This document shows, in pieces, positions 19,011 through 28,893 of a stretch of DNA of 64,000 nt. The position numbers and the translations under genes were made by a program. This DNA comes from an uncultured delta proteobacterium (GTDB lineage: Bacteria; Myxococcota_A; UBA9160; UBA4427), in NCBI GenBank assembly GCA_963822965.1, contig CAWGJT010000006.1:384001-448000 (forward strand), given 5' to 3'. Within the stretch, counting starts at the first letter, position 1. Each line of letters starts with the position of its first letter. The notes beneath the pieces are model-generated. The model was not told the origin of the DNA and did no database searches. It saw only the letters and a program-made list of their open reading frames with translations.

Positions 19011-19078
19011 GCTGAGGGAGCCCGCTGGGCTCCCTCAGCGGCGGAACCGCGACCCAAGACTTGGCCTTGGGTCGCGGT
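19011..19078. repeat. Double-hairpin (REP-like) element
   Basis: GCTGAGGGAGCCC-gct-GGGCTCCCTCAGC (19011-19039), then ACCGCGACCCAAG-N7-CTTGGGTCGCGGT (19046-19078). Confidence 0.7.
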
Positions 19079-20381
19079 CCCAGTCGCGCACACCGGCGAT
19101 CGCATGGCCGATCGCGTCGAGCCGGGCGGCCGAGAGGCCGTGTCCTTCGAGGGCGGCCCGCACGCGGCGGTCGAGCTGTCCCGCCTCCACCGGCCCGCCG
19201 GTCGCCAGCCGCGGCAGGAGCCATGCCATGCGGTCGCCGATCCGCAGCAGCGCCGGGCGCAGCTCGGTGTCGAGGTCGAAGGTCGCGAGCGCGGGTCCGC
19301 CGGTCTCGGCCTCCAGCACCCGCTGCTGGACCTCGACCGCCGCGTCGATCTGCGCCCGGTAGAAGTCGCGCACGGCGGCTTCACCCGGCGCGGCGCGTCC
19401 TTCGCGCCGAGCGGCCTCGCGAACGGACCGGAGCGCAGCCGCCAGCACCCGCTCCTCGCGGGTCGGATCGACGACCGGAAGGCCCTCGCGACGCTTGTAC
19501 TCCGCCACGAAGGGCATCAACGCGAGCCGTTCGTCGCAGGCCGCCAGCAGCGCGGCGAGAGGCTCGGCGGTGCGCGGACCGGGAGCGCCGAACCACTCGC
19601 CGCGCCACGCGGCGAGGGTGCCGTCGGCCTCGGCGGCGAGCAGCCAGGCGTCGAGACGGCGCGCCAACACCTCGGCGCCCGGCGGCAGCCACCACGCCTT
19701 GCGGTCCCGCGTGATCGGTCCGACGACGCTCACGCCGGCGAGGTCGCGGATCCAGCCCGGCGCCTCCAGGGTGTCGGTCACCGCCGCTTCCACGTCGCCG
19801 TCGGCCAGGGCCTCGCGGACCGCGCGGTTGTCTGGGATGGCGACGATCGCGGCCCGGCGGAAGCGCGCGCGGGTCACCCGCTCGAGGTGGCCCCCCGCGT
19901 TGACCGCCACCCGCAGCGACGGGTCGTCGAGTCCCCGCAGCGGATCGCCGGGCCGCGCGCCGGCGGTGAGGCGCGCGAGCACCGCCGTGCGGACGAGCAC
20001 CACGGCCCCCGTCTCGGCGACGGGCAGGCTGAAGCGTCCCCGCACCGACCGCTCCGGCCGCACCGTCACGCCGCTCATGGCCACGTCGAAGCGTCCGGAA
20101 GCGAGCGCCGTCTCGAGCTCCGGCCAGCGGAACGGCACCCACTCGACCGTGTAGCCGAGGTCGTGCGCCAGACCCCGGGCGGCGGCGACGTCGAAGCCGA
20201 CGTAGTCCACCGGGCCCGGCCCCGCGCCGACACGCTCGCTGAAGGGCGGGTAGTCGCCGCTCACCCCGACCCGCAGCACCGGGAGGGGCGGCGCGGCGGG
20301 GTCCGCCGGCCCGCCCCCCCGGCAGGCCGCCACGAGCAGCAACGCTCCCGCGAGGAGCGACCGGACCCACGACGACGGCAT
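19035..20381 (-). CDS. Lipoprotein fusing a cyclohexadienyl dehydratase (PheC)-like SBP family 3 domain to an exported-type (AroQ gamma) chorismate mutase domain
   Basis: Lipobox LVAAC. N-domain: LRVGVSGDYPPFS, FDVAMSGV, VNAGG, DN, TDTLEA. C-domain: ERLALMPFVAEYK...VDPTREERVL...AQIDAAVEVQ...DLDTELRPAL. Confidence 0.8.
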   Translation of the reverse strand: MPSSWVRSLLAGALLLVAACRGGGPADPAAPPLPVLRVGVSGDYPPFSERVGAGPGPVDYVGFDVAAARGLAHDLGYTVEWVPFRWPELETALASGRFDVAMSGVTVRPERSVRGRFSLPVAETGAVVLVRTAVLARLTAGARPGDPLRGLDDPSLRVAVNAGGHLERVTRARFRRAAIVAIPDNRAVREALADGDVEAAVTDTLEAPGWIRDLAGVSVVGPITRDRKAWWLPPGAEVLARRLDAWLLAAEADGTLAAWRGEWFGAPGPRTAEPLAALLAACDERLALMPFVAEYKRREGLPVVDPTREERVLAAALRSVREAARREGRAAPGEAAVRDFYRAQIDAAVEVQQRVLEAETGGPALATFDLDTELRPALLRIGDRMAWLLPRLATGGPVEAGQLDRRVRAALEGHGLSAARLDAIGHAIAGVRDWDRDPRPSLGSRFRR

Positions 20382-20511
20382 GCAGCCTCCGGACGGCGCA
20401 AAGGAGCGGAGTCTATCGCGGTCCGCTGGCCGCGGATCGGGCTCGGGCGGAGGCCCCGTCCAGCCCCGGCCTCGCCGGTGGTAGAATCGCGGCTCGCCCG
20501 GAGGAGCATCC

Positions 20512-21771
20512 ATGGACTTCGACGACACCCCCGAAGAGGCCGCCTTCCGCCAGGAGGCCCGCAGCTGGCTCGACGCCAACGCGAAGCGCAAGCAGCCCGG
20601 TGAACGCAGCGCGAGCCCGGCCGAGCACCGCACGGATCCCGACGTCGTGGCGCGGGCCCAGGAATGGCAGGGGCGCAAGGCCGACGCGCGCTGGGCCTGC
20701 ATCACCTGGCCTGCCGAATACGGGGGACGCGACGCGACGCCCATCCAGAACGTGATCTGGAACCAGGAAGAGGCCCGCTACGCGGTACCGCCGAACCTCT
20801 TCACCATCGGCCAGGGCATGCTCGGCCCGACCTTGATGGCGCACGGAACCCCCGCCCAGAAGCAGCGCTACCTCGAGCCGATGCTTCGCGGCGCGGAGAT
20901 CTGGTGCCAGCTCTTCAGCGAGCCCAGCGCCGGATCCGACCTCGCCGGCCTCCGCACCCGCGCCGTCCAGGACGAGGCGACAGGCGAGTGGGTGATCGAC
21001 GGCCAGAAGATCTGGACGAGCGGCGCCCAGTACTGCAAGTGGGGAATGATCGTCACCCGCAGCGACCCCGACGCCGCCAAGCACGCGGGCATCACCTACT
21101 TCATCGTCGACATGCAGGCGCCGGGAGTCGAGATCCGGCCCATCCGGCAGATCAACCGCGCGACGAACTTCAACGAGGTGTTCTTCAACGGGGTGCGCGT
21201 TCCCGACGAGAACCGGGTCGGGGCGGTGAACGACGGCTGGCGCGGCGCCCTGACCACGCTCATGAACGAGCGCGCCGCCATCGGCGGGGGCGGTGCGGGC
21301 GGCCCCACCTGGGAAGACCTGCTGCGTCTGGCCGAAGACATCGAGCTGGACGGAAGACCCGCCATCGAGAGCCCGGCGGTGCGCCAGCGGCTGGCGGACT
21401 TCTACACGCGCAACCGGGCGCTGCAGTACACGGGCTACCGCACGCTCACCGCCCTGTCGCGCGGCCAGACGCCGGGGCCCCAGAGCTCCCTGGGCAAGCT
21501 CGTCGGCGCGGCCATGCGCCAGCAGATGGCGTCGTTCGCCATCGAGCTCGAGGCCGCCTGCGGCATGCTCGACGATCCCGCCCTCGCCGTGGAGGACGCA
21601 GCCTGGCAGAGCGCCTACCTGGGCGCTCCCGGAGGTCGGCTGGCGGGCGGCACCGACGAGGTGCTGCGCAACATCATCGCCGAGCGCGTGCTGGGCCTGC
21701 CGCCCGAGGCGCGGGTCGACAAGGGCATGGCGTTCAAGGACGTGCCGACGGGACCCGGCGGAAAGGGCTGA
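20512..21771 (+). CDS. Acyl-CoA dehydrogenase
   Basis: WCQLFSEPSAGSDLA, GQKIWTS, FNEVFF, AGGTDEVLRNIIAERVLGLP. Confidence 0.95.
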   Translation: MDFDDTPEEAAFRQEARSWLDANAKRKQPGERSASPAEHRTDPDVVARAQEWQGRKADARWACITWPAEYGGRDATPIQNVIWNQEEARYAVPPNLFTIGQGMLGPTLMAHGTPAQKQRYLEPMLRGAEIWCQLFSEPSAGSDLAGLRTRAVQDEATGEWVIDGQKIWTSGAQYCKWGMIVTRSDPDAAKHAGITYFIVDMQAPGVEIRPIRQINRATNFNEVFFNGVRVPDENRVGAVNDGWRGALTTLMNERAAIGGGGAGGPTWEDLLRLAEDIELDGRPAIESPAVRQRLADFYTRNRALQYTGYRTLTALSRGQTPGPQSSLGKLVGAAMRQQMASFAIELEAACGMLDDPALAVEDAAWQSAYLGAPGGRLAGGTDEVLRNIIAERVLGLPPEARVDKGMAFKDVPTGPGGKG

Positions 21772-21830
21772 CGGGCGGGTGCCCAGCCGGGCGCCGGGCC
21801 GGGTGTAGACGAGCGCCCCCGGCGCGCTCG

Positions 21831-22199
21831 TCATGCGCCCGCGATCGCCCGTCGCACCACCGCGCGGATCTGCTCGTTGTTGAAGGGCTTGGGCACGTAA
21901 TCGAAAGCGCCCGCCGCCGCCGCGTCCCTTGCGACCGTGTCGGAGCCGTAGGCGGTGATGAGGACCACGGGCGTTCCCGGTCGGAACTCGGCCACGTGAC
22001 GCACCAGGTCGAGGCCGCTCACGCCGTCGGGCAGCGACAGGTCCGTGAGCACGAGATCGAAGCGGCCGTCTTCGAGCAGCTCGAGCGCTTCCGCGCCGGT
22101 GGTGGCCACCTCGGTCACGTGTCCCTCGCGGCGCATCAGGCCGCGAATCGCAAGCTGGATGCCGGGCTCGTCCTCCACGATCAGGATCGAAGCGCCCAT
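21831..22199 (-). CDS. Stand-alone response regulator receiver domain
   Basis: ILIVEDE, DLVLTDLSLP (phospho-Asp), LITAY, YVPKPF. Confidence 0.92.
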   Translation of the reverse strand: MGASILIVEDEPGIQLAIRGLMRREGHVTEVATTGAEALELLEDGRFDLVLTDLSLPDGVSGLDLVRHVAEFRPGTPVVLITAYGSDTVARDAAAAGAFDYVPKPFNNEQIRAVVRRAIAGA

Positions 22200-22257
22200 C
22201 GGTCGAGCCCCTCCCGGAGACTCCCCCCGGATTCCGAAAGGGTATACGATGACGCGC

Positions 22258-24687
22258 ATGCCGAGCGACGCCAGCGACGAGGCGAAGTGGCCCCTCCAGG
22301 GCCTGCGGGTGGTCGACCTCACGAGCGAGATCGCGGGGCCGTATGCGACGAAGCTCCTCGTCGACGCCGGCGCCGACGTGGTGAAGATCGAGCCGCCCCG
22401 GGGCGACCCCCTGCGGCGCTGGACCGCGTCCGGCACCCGCCTCGCGCCGGACGAGGACGGTGCGCTCTTCCAGTTCCTGAACGCCTCGAAGCGCAGCGTC
22501 GTCGCGGATCTCGAAGACCCGGCGGGCCGGCGCCTGGCGCTGGAGCTCGCCGGCGAGGCGGATCTGGTCGTGCACGGTCTCACCGAGGCGCGTGCCGCGG
22601 CCGTGGGGCTCGATGCGCCGAGCCTGTTCGACCGTCGTGCCCGTACCAGCTCGGTGTCGGTCACGCCGTGGGGCGCCGCCGGCCCCTTCGCCGAGCGTCC
22701 CTGTACGGAGTTCACCCTGCAGGCCGCCACCGGCTCGGTGGCGTACCGCGGCCTGCGCGACCGCCGGCCGGTGGCCGCGGGCGGACGCTTCGGCGAGTGG
22801 CTGACCGGCGTCTACGCGGCGGTGGGTGGCGTCACGGCGTGGCTCTCGGCGCGGCTCACCGGCCGTGGCCAGCAGGTCGACGTCTCCATGTTCGAGGCGA
22901 TGCTGCTCTCGATGACCGTCTACCACGACCTCAACGGGCAGTGGGTGGAGGGCGACCTCGCCCGCTCCATCGAGATTCCGTCCATCGAGCCCGCGAAGGA
23001 CGGCTGGGTGGGCTTCTGCACGATCACCGGCCAGCAGTGGAAGGACTTCTGCGCGCTGATCGGACAGCCCGAGGTAGCGAACGACGACAGCTACCTGGAC
23101 GCGCGTCGACGCATGGAGCACCGGGAGCTCATGAAGCGGATCATCCACGGCTGGACGCGCGAGCGCAGCGTGGACGAGATCGTCGAGGTCGCGAGCCTGA
23201 TGCGCATCCCGGTCGCACCCGTGGGCGACGGTCGCACCCTGCCCCAGATGGACCACCTGGTGGCGCGCGGCGTCTTCTCCAAGGGACCCGGCGGCTTCCT
23301 GCAGCCGCGGGTGCCCTACCGCCTCTCGCGCACGCCGACGCGGCCGTTGGGATCGGCGCCGAAGCTCGACGAGCACGGCGACGCGATCCGCGCCGTGCCG
23401 GGCTCCGTCTTCCGGCCGCGCGAGGAGCCGGCCCCCACCGTCGGTCCCGACGCCCCGGGACTGCCCCTCACGGGGCTGCGCGTGGTCGACCTCACCGCCT
23501 TCTGGGCCGGTCCCTTCGCCACCTGCTACCTGGCCGACCTCGGCGCCGACGTCGTGAAGGTCGAGTCCATCCAGCGCCCGGACGGGATGCGCTTCGCCGG
23601 CGCGATCCGGAAGGAGAAGCTCTGGGAGTGGTCGCCGGTGTTCGCGGGCGCCAACCCGGGCAAGCGCGACGTCACGCTCCAGCTCGACGACGCCCGCGGC
23701 ATGGCGCTGCTGAAGCGCCTGATCGCCGACGCGGACGTGGTGATCGAGAACTACTCGGTGCGGGTGCTCGAGAACTTCGGGCTCGGCTGGGACGAGGTCC
23801 GCGCCCTCTCGCCCCGGGTCATCATGGTGCGCATGCCGGCCTTCGGGCTGGACGGCCCCTGGCGCGACCGCACCGGCTTCGCGATGACGATCGAGCAGGT
23901 GAGCGGACTGGCCTGGATCACCGGCTACGAAGACCTGCCCCTGGTGGTGCGCGGCGCCTGCGACCCCGTCGGCGGCATGCAGACCGTCTTCGCGCTCCTG
24001 ATGGCGCTCGAGCACCGGCGTCGCACCGGCGAGGGACAGCTCGTCGAGGTGCCGCTGCTCGAGAACGCCCTGAACCTCGCCGCCGAGCAGGTGATCGAGT
24101 ACTCGGCGTACGGCGAGCTGCTCACGCGCGCGGGCAATCGCGGTCCGGTGTCGGCGCCCCAGGGCGTGTACCGCTGCGCCGACCGCGACGGACAGGAGCA
24201 GTACGTGGCGATCGCCATCGCCCGGGACGAGCAGTGGCAAGCCCTGTGCGATCAGCTGGGCAACCCGGCGTGGGCCCGCGATCCACAGCTCGCCACGGCG
24301 GCCGGCCGTCGCACCCGACACGACGAGATCGACGAGCGCATCGACGCCTGGCTCGCCGACCAGCACCGCGACGCCGCCGCGGAGCGGCTCGTGGCCGCGG
24401 GCATTCCCGCCGCCGCGGTGATCAACGCGCACCGGGTGATGCCGAATCCGCAGCTCGAGGCCCGCGCCTTCTTCCAGACGATGGTGCACCCCGAGACCGG
24501 TCCGACCCGCTATCCAGGCTTTCCCATGCGCTTCTCCCGCTTCGGCCCCGGGCTGCACCGCCGCCCGCCCCCCACCCTGGGGCAGCACAACGACGAGGTC
24601 CTGCGCGGAGAGCTCGGCCTGTCGGAGGCAGAGGTGGCCGAGCTGCGCGCAGCCCGGGTGGTGGGCGAGCGGCCGTCGTTCCTGTAG
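22258..24687 (+). CDS. Tandem two-domain family III CoA-transferase (CaiB/BaiF)
   Basis: Two LxGLRVVDL...AGP...LxDxGADVVKxE units; start 22258 (or 22249). Confidence 0.92.
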   Translation: MPSDASDEAKWPLQGLRVVDLTSEIAGPYATKLLVDAGADVVKIEPPRGDPLRRWTASGTRLAPDEDGALFQFLNASKRSVVADLEDPAGRRLALELAGEADLVVHGLTEARAAAVGLDAPSLFDRRARTSSVSVTPWGAAGPFAERPCTEFTLQAATGSVAYRGLRDRRPVAAGGRFGEWLTGVYAAVGGVTAWLSARLTGRGQQVDVSMFEAMLLSMTVYHDLNGQWVEGDLARSIEIPSIEPAKDGWVGFCTITGQQWKDFCALIGQPEVANDDSYLDARRRMEHRELMKRIIHGWTRERSVDEIVEVASLMRIPVAPVGDGRTLPQMDHLVARGVFSKGPGGFLQPRVPYRLSRTPTRPLGSAPKLDEHGDAIRAVPGSVFRPREEPAPTVGPDAPGLPLTGLRVVDLTAFWAGPFATCYLADLGADVVKVESIQRPDGMRFAGAIRKEKLWEWSPVFAGANPGKRDVTLQLDDARGMALLKRLIADADVVIENYSVRVLENFGLGWDEVRALSPRVIMVRMPAFGLDGPWRDRTGFAMTIEQVSGLAWITGYEDLPLVVRGACDPVGGMQTVFALLMALEHRRRTGEGQLVEVPLLENALNLAAEQVIEYSAYGELLTRAGNRGPVSAPQGVYRCADRDGQEQYVAIAIARDEQWQALCDQLGNPAWARDPQLATAAGRRTRHDEIDERIDAWLADQHRDAAAERLVAAGIPAAAVINAHRVMPNPQLEARAFFQTMVHPETGPTRYPGFPMRFSRFGPGLHRRPPPTLGQHNDEVLRGELGLSEAEVAELRAARVVGERPSFL

Positions 24688-24778
24688 GGCCGCCGTTCTG
24701 CGGATCGGATGCCGGTGCGGCGCGCACCGCCCGCGCCCGGGCGCCCCGGCGCGCGCGCCGGGGCCGCCGACCTCCTGA

Positions 24779-24807
24779 ATTTCCCTGTGATTTCGCTGTG
24801 ATAGAGT
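24779..24807 (+). promoter_or_regulatory. 11-bp direct repeat abutting an extended -10, upstream of the autotransporter
   Basis: ATTTCCCTGTG ATTTCGCTGTG followed by TG-a-TAGAGT. Confidence 0.45.
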
Positions 24808-24883
24808 GCCCCGGGGCCCGGGTTGACCCCAACCGGTCCGCGAAAGCCACCCACCTGCACGGTCCAGGCCCCTGCTTCTTCAC

Positions 24884-27781
24884 GTGTTCTCGCTCCACCG
24901 TGCTCTCTTCCACCCGGGCGCCGCTCCCAAGCGGGCGGATCGCGCGGCCAACGGAGATTCCCCGACCTTGGCGACCTCCACCCGGCAACCGGCCGCCGGC
25001 ATCCTGCACACCGGCGCCCTCCTCGGGCTGATCGCGGCCCTGCTCGCCGCCGCACCCGAGGCGGAGGCGCAGTGCGTGCAGACCGGCACGAACGTCTCCT
25101 GCACAGGCACCGACCCGGACGGCTTCGCGGCGGCCGAGGACGGCCTGACGATCACGGTCCAGCCTGGCGCCACGGTGGAGAATGGGGGCACGGGCGGCGC
25201 CGTCACCGTCCAGGGCAGCAGCGCTCTCACGGTGGAGGCCGGCGCCACCCTCTCCGCCAACGGCGTCACGCCGCGGGGCGCCGAGGCGCAGGGCAGCGGC
25301 GACACCCTCACCAACCGGGGCGACATCCTCGTCTCGGGCAGCGGCGCCGTCGGCGTCCAGGTCGGCACGGTGGTGAACGAGTCCACGGGGCGGATCATCG
25401 TCGCACCGGCCATCGGCGGCGGGGCGGTGACCGGCATCAACGGGGGCGCGGGCCGGAACGTCACCAACGACGGCCTGGTGCAGGTGAGCGGCGCCGGCTC
25501 CACCGGCATCGCGACGGCCACCCAGGGCGTGACCACCAACACCGGCACCATCCGGATGCTCGACGCCAACGCCATCGGCGTGAGCCAGGGCGCCCTCTCC
25601 CAGCTGACCAACAGCGGCCTGATCGAGTCCACGGGCGACGGCGGAATCGGCATCCGCCTGAACGGCGCCAGCGCCTTCGCGAGCAACGACGGCACGATCC
25701 GCACGGGCCCCGGCGGCATCGGAGTGCTCGCCAACTCCATCGGATCGCCCCAGAGCCCCAACCGCTTCAACAACCTGCAGAACGGCCTGATCGAGACGGG
25801 AGCCGGCGGCGTCGCCGTGCAGGGCTCGATCGGGGTCGAGCAGGTGGGCAACCTGGGAACGATCCAGGGCGACGTGCGGCTCGGCGCCGGCGGCGACTTC
25901 TTCGGCTGGGGAGCCGGCAGCAGCGTGAGCGGCGCCCTGGACGGCGGGGACGGCAGCGACCAGATCCAGCTCTTCCAGGCCGACCCGGCGATGCCCATGG
26001 CCGACACCTACGACCTGGGTGCCGCCCAGGGCTTCGAGCTGCTCCGCGTCGGCGCCGCCGGAAGTACGGACACCTGGACCCTCACCGGCAGCGGCGCCTA
26101 CGCCGACGGCATCCAGGTGGAGGGCGGGACCGCGCGGGTGGCGAGCGGGGCGGCCGTGCAGAACGAGCTCCGCATCCTGGATGGAGAGGCGCTCTTCGCC
26201 GACGGCGCCACCTTCGCGTCGGGTATCACGGTGACGGGAGGAACCGCGACCTTCGAGGACGGAGCCAGCGTCCAGGCGAACGTGGTGAACGACGGCGGCG
26301 CGGTGCGGTCGGCGGGCGTCTCGACCCTGCAGGGCGACCTCACGATCGCCTCGGGTGCCTCGTATCGGGCGAGCTTCGATCCCGCGACGAGCTCGCGGCT
26401 CGACGTCCAGGGCAGCGTGAACCTCCAGCCCGGCGCCAACCTCGTTCTCTCGAACTCCCAGACCCTCGCGATCGTCCAGAGCTACCGGATCCTCACGGCA
26501 ACCGCCGGCGTGACCGGGCAGTTCGACGTGGGCTCGGCGTTCCAACGCATCACCCCGACCTATGGTCCCACCACCGGCTCGAGCTTCGTGGACGTTCTCG
26601 TCGAGTCGACGTTCACCCTGCCGGCCCGCTCCGCGAACGAGCGCCGCCTGGGCCAGCACCTCGATCTGGCCGCGCAGAACGGACCCGACGCGGACATGGC
26701 GGCGGCCCTGTCGGACCTCGCCTCCATCGTCGATCCGGACACCGCCCGCAACGCACTCGACGCCCTGCAGCCCGAGTTCTACGACTCGGCCACCAGCGCC
26801 TCGTTCGAGACCGCCCGCTCCTACGCCGGCCTGCTCGCCGAGCGCCCCCTCCGCTGCGAGTCCTTCGTGTCGCCCTACCGGCGCGACCGTCCCTCGCTCG
26901 AGCCTTGCAGCGCGCGCGGGCTCACCCCCTGGGCCGCCGGCTTCGGCCGCTACGCACGCCGCGACGGCACGAGCGACCACGTGGACTGGAGCTACGGAGG
27001 CGGCGGGCTGGCGTTCGGCGCGGACCAGCGCGTGGGAGACGATCTGCTGGTGTCCGGCATGCTCGGCACCAGCCGCCTGGCGCTCGACTACGACGGCGAC
27101 GGTGACGCCTCGCTCACGAGCTTCGAGGCCGGGCTCGGGGCGACCTGGCGGATTCGCGGCACCCGGCTGCGCGGCGTCGTGGAGTACGGACACGGCTGGC
27201 ACCAGAGCCGCCGACGGGTGGACTTCCCCGGCGTCTCCCGCCTGGCCCGGGCGAGCTACGACAGCAACCGCGTGACCGGGCTCGTCGAGGTGAGCCACCG
27301 CTTCGTGTGGGCGCCCTTCGAGCTGGAGCCCGTGGTGTCCGCCGAGTACACCTGGCTGCGCGAGGAGGCGTTCCGCGAGACCAGCGCCGGCGTCGTGGGT
27401 CTCGACGTCGCGTCGCGCGAGAACGCCCTCTTCGCCACGAACGCCGGGGTGCGAGCCGGCATGACTCTCGTGAAGTGGTACTACGCGGGCGCCTGGCTCG
27501 AGTGGGCGGACGGGGTCTGGCGACCGGAGATCGCGGCGAGCTGGCGCCAGGTGTGGAACGACTACGACCGGGCGCTCTCGTCCCGGCTCGAAGGCGCCCC
27601 GCCCGGGACCCCCTCGTTCCGCACGGAAGCCCAGGACGCCGAGTACGGCGCCGACCTCGCCGCGAGCGTGAGCTTCCAGCCCCAGGGGTCGCGCAACACG
27701 ATCGAGCTGGGCTACGAGGGCTTCATCGGCGATCGCACCATGGTGCACAGCGTGGTGGCGCGCTTCCGGATGCCCTTCTGA
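24884..27781 (+). CDS. Autotransporter (type Va): beta-helical passenger plus C-terminal beta-barrel
   Basis: Signal ending AEA, G/N/T-rich repeats, TWTLTGSGAY..G..VEGGT repeat, ALDALQPEFY linker, barrel ending RFRMPF; start uncertain. Confidence 0.9.
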   Translation: MFSLHRALFHPGAAPKRADRAANGDSPTLATSTRQPAAGILHTGALLGLIAALLAAAPEAEAQCVQTGTNVSCTGTDPDGFAAAEDGLTITVQPGATVENGGTGGAVTVQGSSALTVEAGATLSANGVTPRGAEAQGSGDTLTNRGDILVSGSGAVGVQVGTVVNESTGRIIVAPAIGGGAVTGINGGAGRNVTNDGLVQVSGAGSTGIATATQGVTTNTGTIRMLDANAIGVSQGALSQLTNSGLIESTGDGGIGIRLNGASAFASNDGTIRTGPGGIGVLANSIGSPQSPNRFNNLQNGLIETGAGGVAVQGSIGVEQVGNLGTIQGDVRLGAGGDFFGWGAGSSVSGALDGGDGSDQIQLFQADPAMPMADTYDLGAAQGFELLRVGAAGSTDTWTLTGSGAYADGIQVEGGTARVASGAAVQNELRILDGEALFADGATFASGITVTGGTATFEDGASVQANVVNDGGAVRSAGVSTLQGDLTIASGASYRASFDPATSSRLDVQGSVNLQPGANLVLSNSQTLAIVQSYRILTATAGVTGQFDVGSAFQRITPTYGPTTGSSFVDVLVESTFTLPARSANERRLGQHLDLAAQNGPDADMAAALSDLASIVDPDTARNALDALQPEFYDSATSASFETARSYAGLLAERPLRCESFVSPYRRDRPSLEPCSARGLTPWAAGFGRYARRDGTSDHVDWSYGGGGLAFGADQRVGDDLLVSGMLGTSRLALDYDGDGDASLTSFEAGLGATWRIRGTRLRGVVEYGHGWHQSRRRVDFPGVSRLARASYDSNRVTGLVEVSHRFVWAPFELEPVVSAEYTWLREEAFRETSAGVVGLDVASRENALFATNAGVRAGMTLVKWYYAGAWLEWADGVWRPEIAASWRQVWNDYDRALSSRLEGAPPGTPSFRTEAQDAEYGADLAASVSFQPQGSRNTIELGYEGFIGDRTMVHSVVARFRMPF

Positions 27782-27849
27782 GCGGTCAGCGCCCCGCTGG
27801 GGCGCCGACTTGCAGCCCGAGGACAACGCTAGCGTTGTCCTCTTGGGAG
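27778..27849 (+). repeat. Dispersed double-hairpin repeat, copy 1
   Basis: CTGAGCGGTCAGCGCCCCGCTGGGGCGCCGACTTGCAGCCCGAGGACAACGCTAGCGTTGTCCTCTTGGGAG; near-identical inverted copy at 51346-51418. Confidence 0.9.
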
Positions 27850-27875
27850 GGCCTGACGGCCGTCCGGGCGCGAGC

Positions 27876-28874
27876 TCACGCGCCCTGTCCCAGCACCGCG
27901 CGCCCCGGACGACACGCTTCGACGAGGAGCGCCTGCTCGTCTCTCGGCAGGTCGGGGAAGCGGGCCGGCGGGAGACCGCGCACGAGCCCGGCCGCCCGGC
28001 TAGTCCAGCCGCCGGGCGACGCATCGAGCGCGAAGAAGTCGCAGATCTCTTCGAGCACGGCGTCGGGCTTCGTCACGAGATCCTCGAAGCGCACCTCGTG
28101 ATAGCGCTGCGGGTCGATGCCCTTCCGGGCTTCGTCCCCGTGGAGCACCTGGTCGCTCCAGTAGCGGCCGTAGTAGGAGACGTCGGGCCGGGAGGACAGG
28201 ATTCTCGAGAGGGGATCCGAAGCCTCGGGCGGCGCGTCGAAGTCGATCTCGGACATGCCGGGGCCCGTGCCGTCCGCCGCCTGGTAGAGAATGGCGATGG
28301 GCAGGCGGTAGGCGTGGTGCTCGCGCATGGACAGCGCCGCCTCGTAGCCGTCGCGATGGATGTGCAGAAAGCGCGCGGCCGGAAAGCTCGCGGAGAGCGC
28401 CCCGAGATAATCGATGGACGAGCCGGCCCGCTCGATCCAGTGCTCTTGCCCGTGACGCGCGCAGAGCCAGTCGAAGAGCGCCCGGTGGTGGGCCACGGCC
28501 GGCTGGGCGGGCAGGCCCCGACAGAAGTCCATCGTCTCGTCGAAGAGCGCGTCCGGATCGTCCGACAGCCGGGGCAGCAGGCAGACGAGGATCCACGGGA
28601 GCGCTTCTTCGCGGCGACGACGCCCGCCCCGACCGAACGGATACGTGATCTCGGCCACCTCGTAGCCGCGCCGCAGCACTGCGGTCACCAACTTCTGCTC
28701 CGCGGCGACGAGCGCCGCGAAGTCCGCTCCGGAGATCGGCTCGGGGGCGAAGCGGCGGAAGACGTCGAGCCCGTTGAAGTACTCGAAGATGCTGCAGGTG
28801 GCCGGATTCTCGGCCAGCATGCGCGAGAGCAGCGTCGAGCCGCAGCGACCGGTGCCGACGATGAAGCGATCCAT
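27876..28874 (-). CDS. Sulfotransferase family protein
   Basis: FIVGTGRCGSTLL (5'-PSB), FLHIHRDGYEAALS (3'-PB), VRFEDLVTKP. Confidence 0.9.
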   Translation of the reverse strand: MDRFIVGTGRCGSTLLSRMLAENPATCSIFEYFNGLDVFRRFAPEPISGADFAALVAAEQKLVTAVLRRGYEVAEITYPFGRGGRRRREEALPWILVCLLPRLSDDPDALFDETMDFCRGLPAQPAVAHHRALFDWLCARHGQEHWIERAGSSIDYLGALSASFPAARFLHIHRDGYEAALSMREHHAYRLPIAILYQAADGTGPGMSEIDFDAPPEASDPLSRILSSRPDVSYYGRYWSDQVLHGDEARKGIDPQRYHEVRFEDLVTKPDAVLEEICDFFALDASPGGWTSRAAGLVRGLPPARFPDLPRDEQALLVEACRPGRAVLGQGA

Positions 28875-28893
28875 CCGCGATACTCTACCCGGC
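28875..28893. promoter_or_regulatory. Candidate bidirectional promoter for two leaderless mRNAs
   Basis: TACTCT (+, 28881-86) and TAGAGT (-, 28887-82), each exactly 7 nt before an ATG; no room for an RBS. Confidence 0.65.

Noticed and set aside
20413..25031. 1391-aa (-) and 1455-aa (+) giant ORFs
   Set aside because: Antisense or off-frame shadows of the acyl-CoA dehydrogenase and CoA-transferase, expected from stop-codon scarcity at high GC
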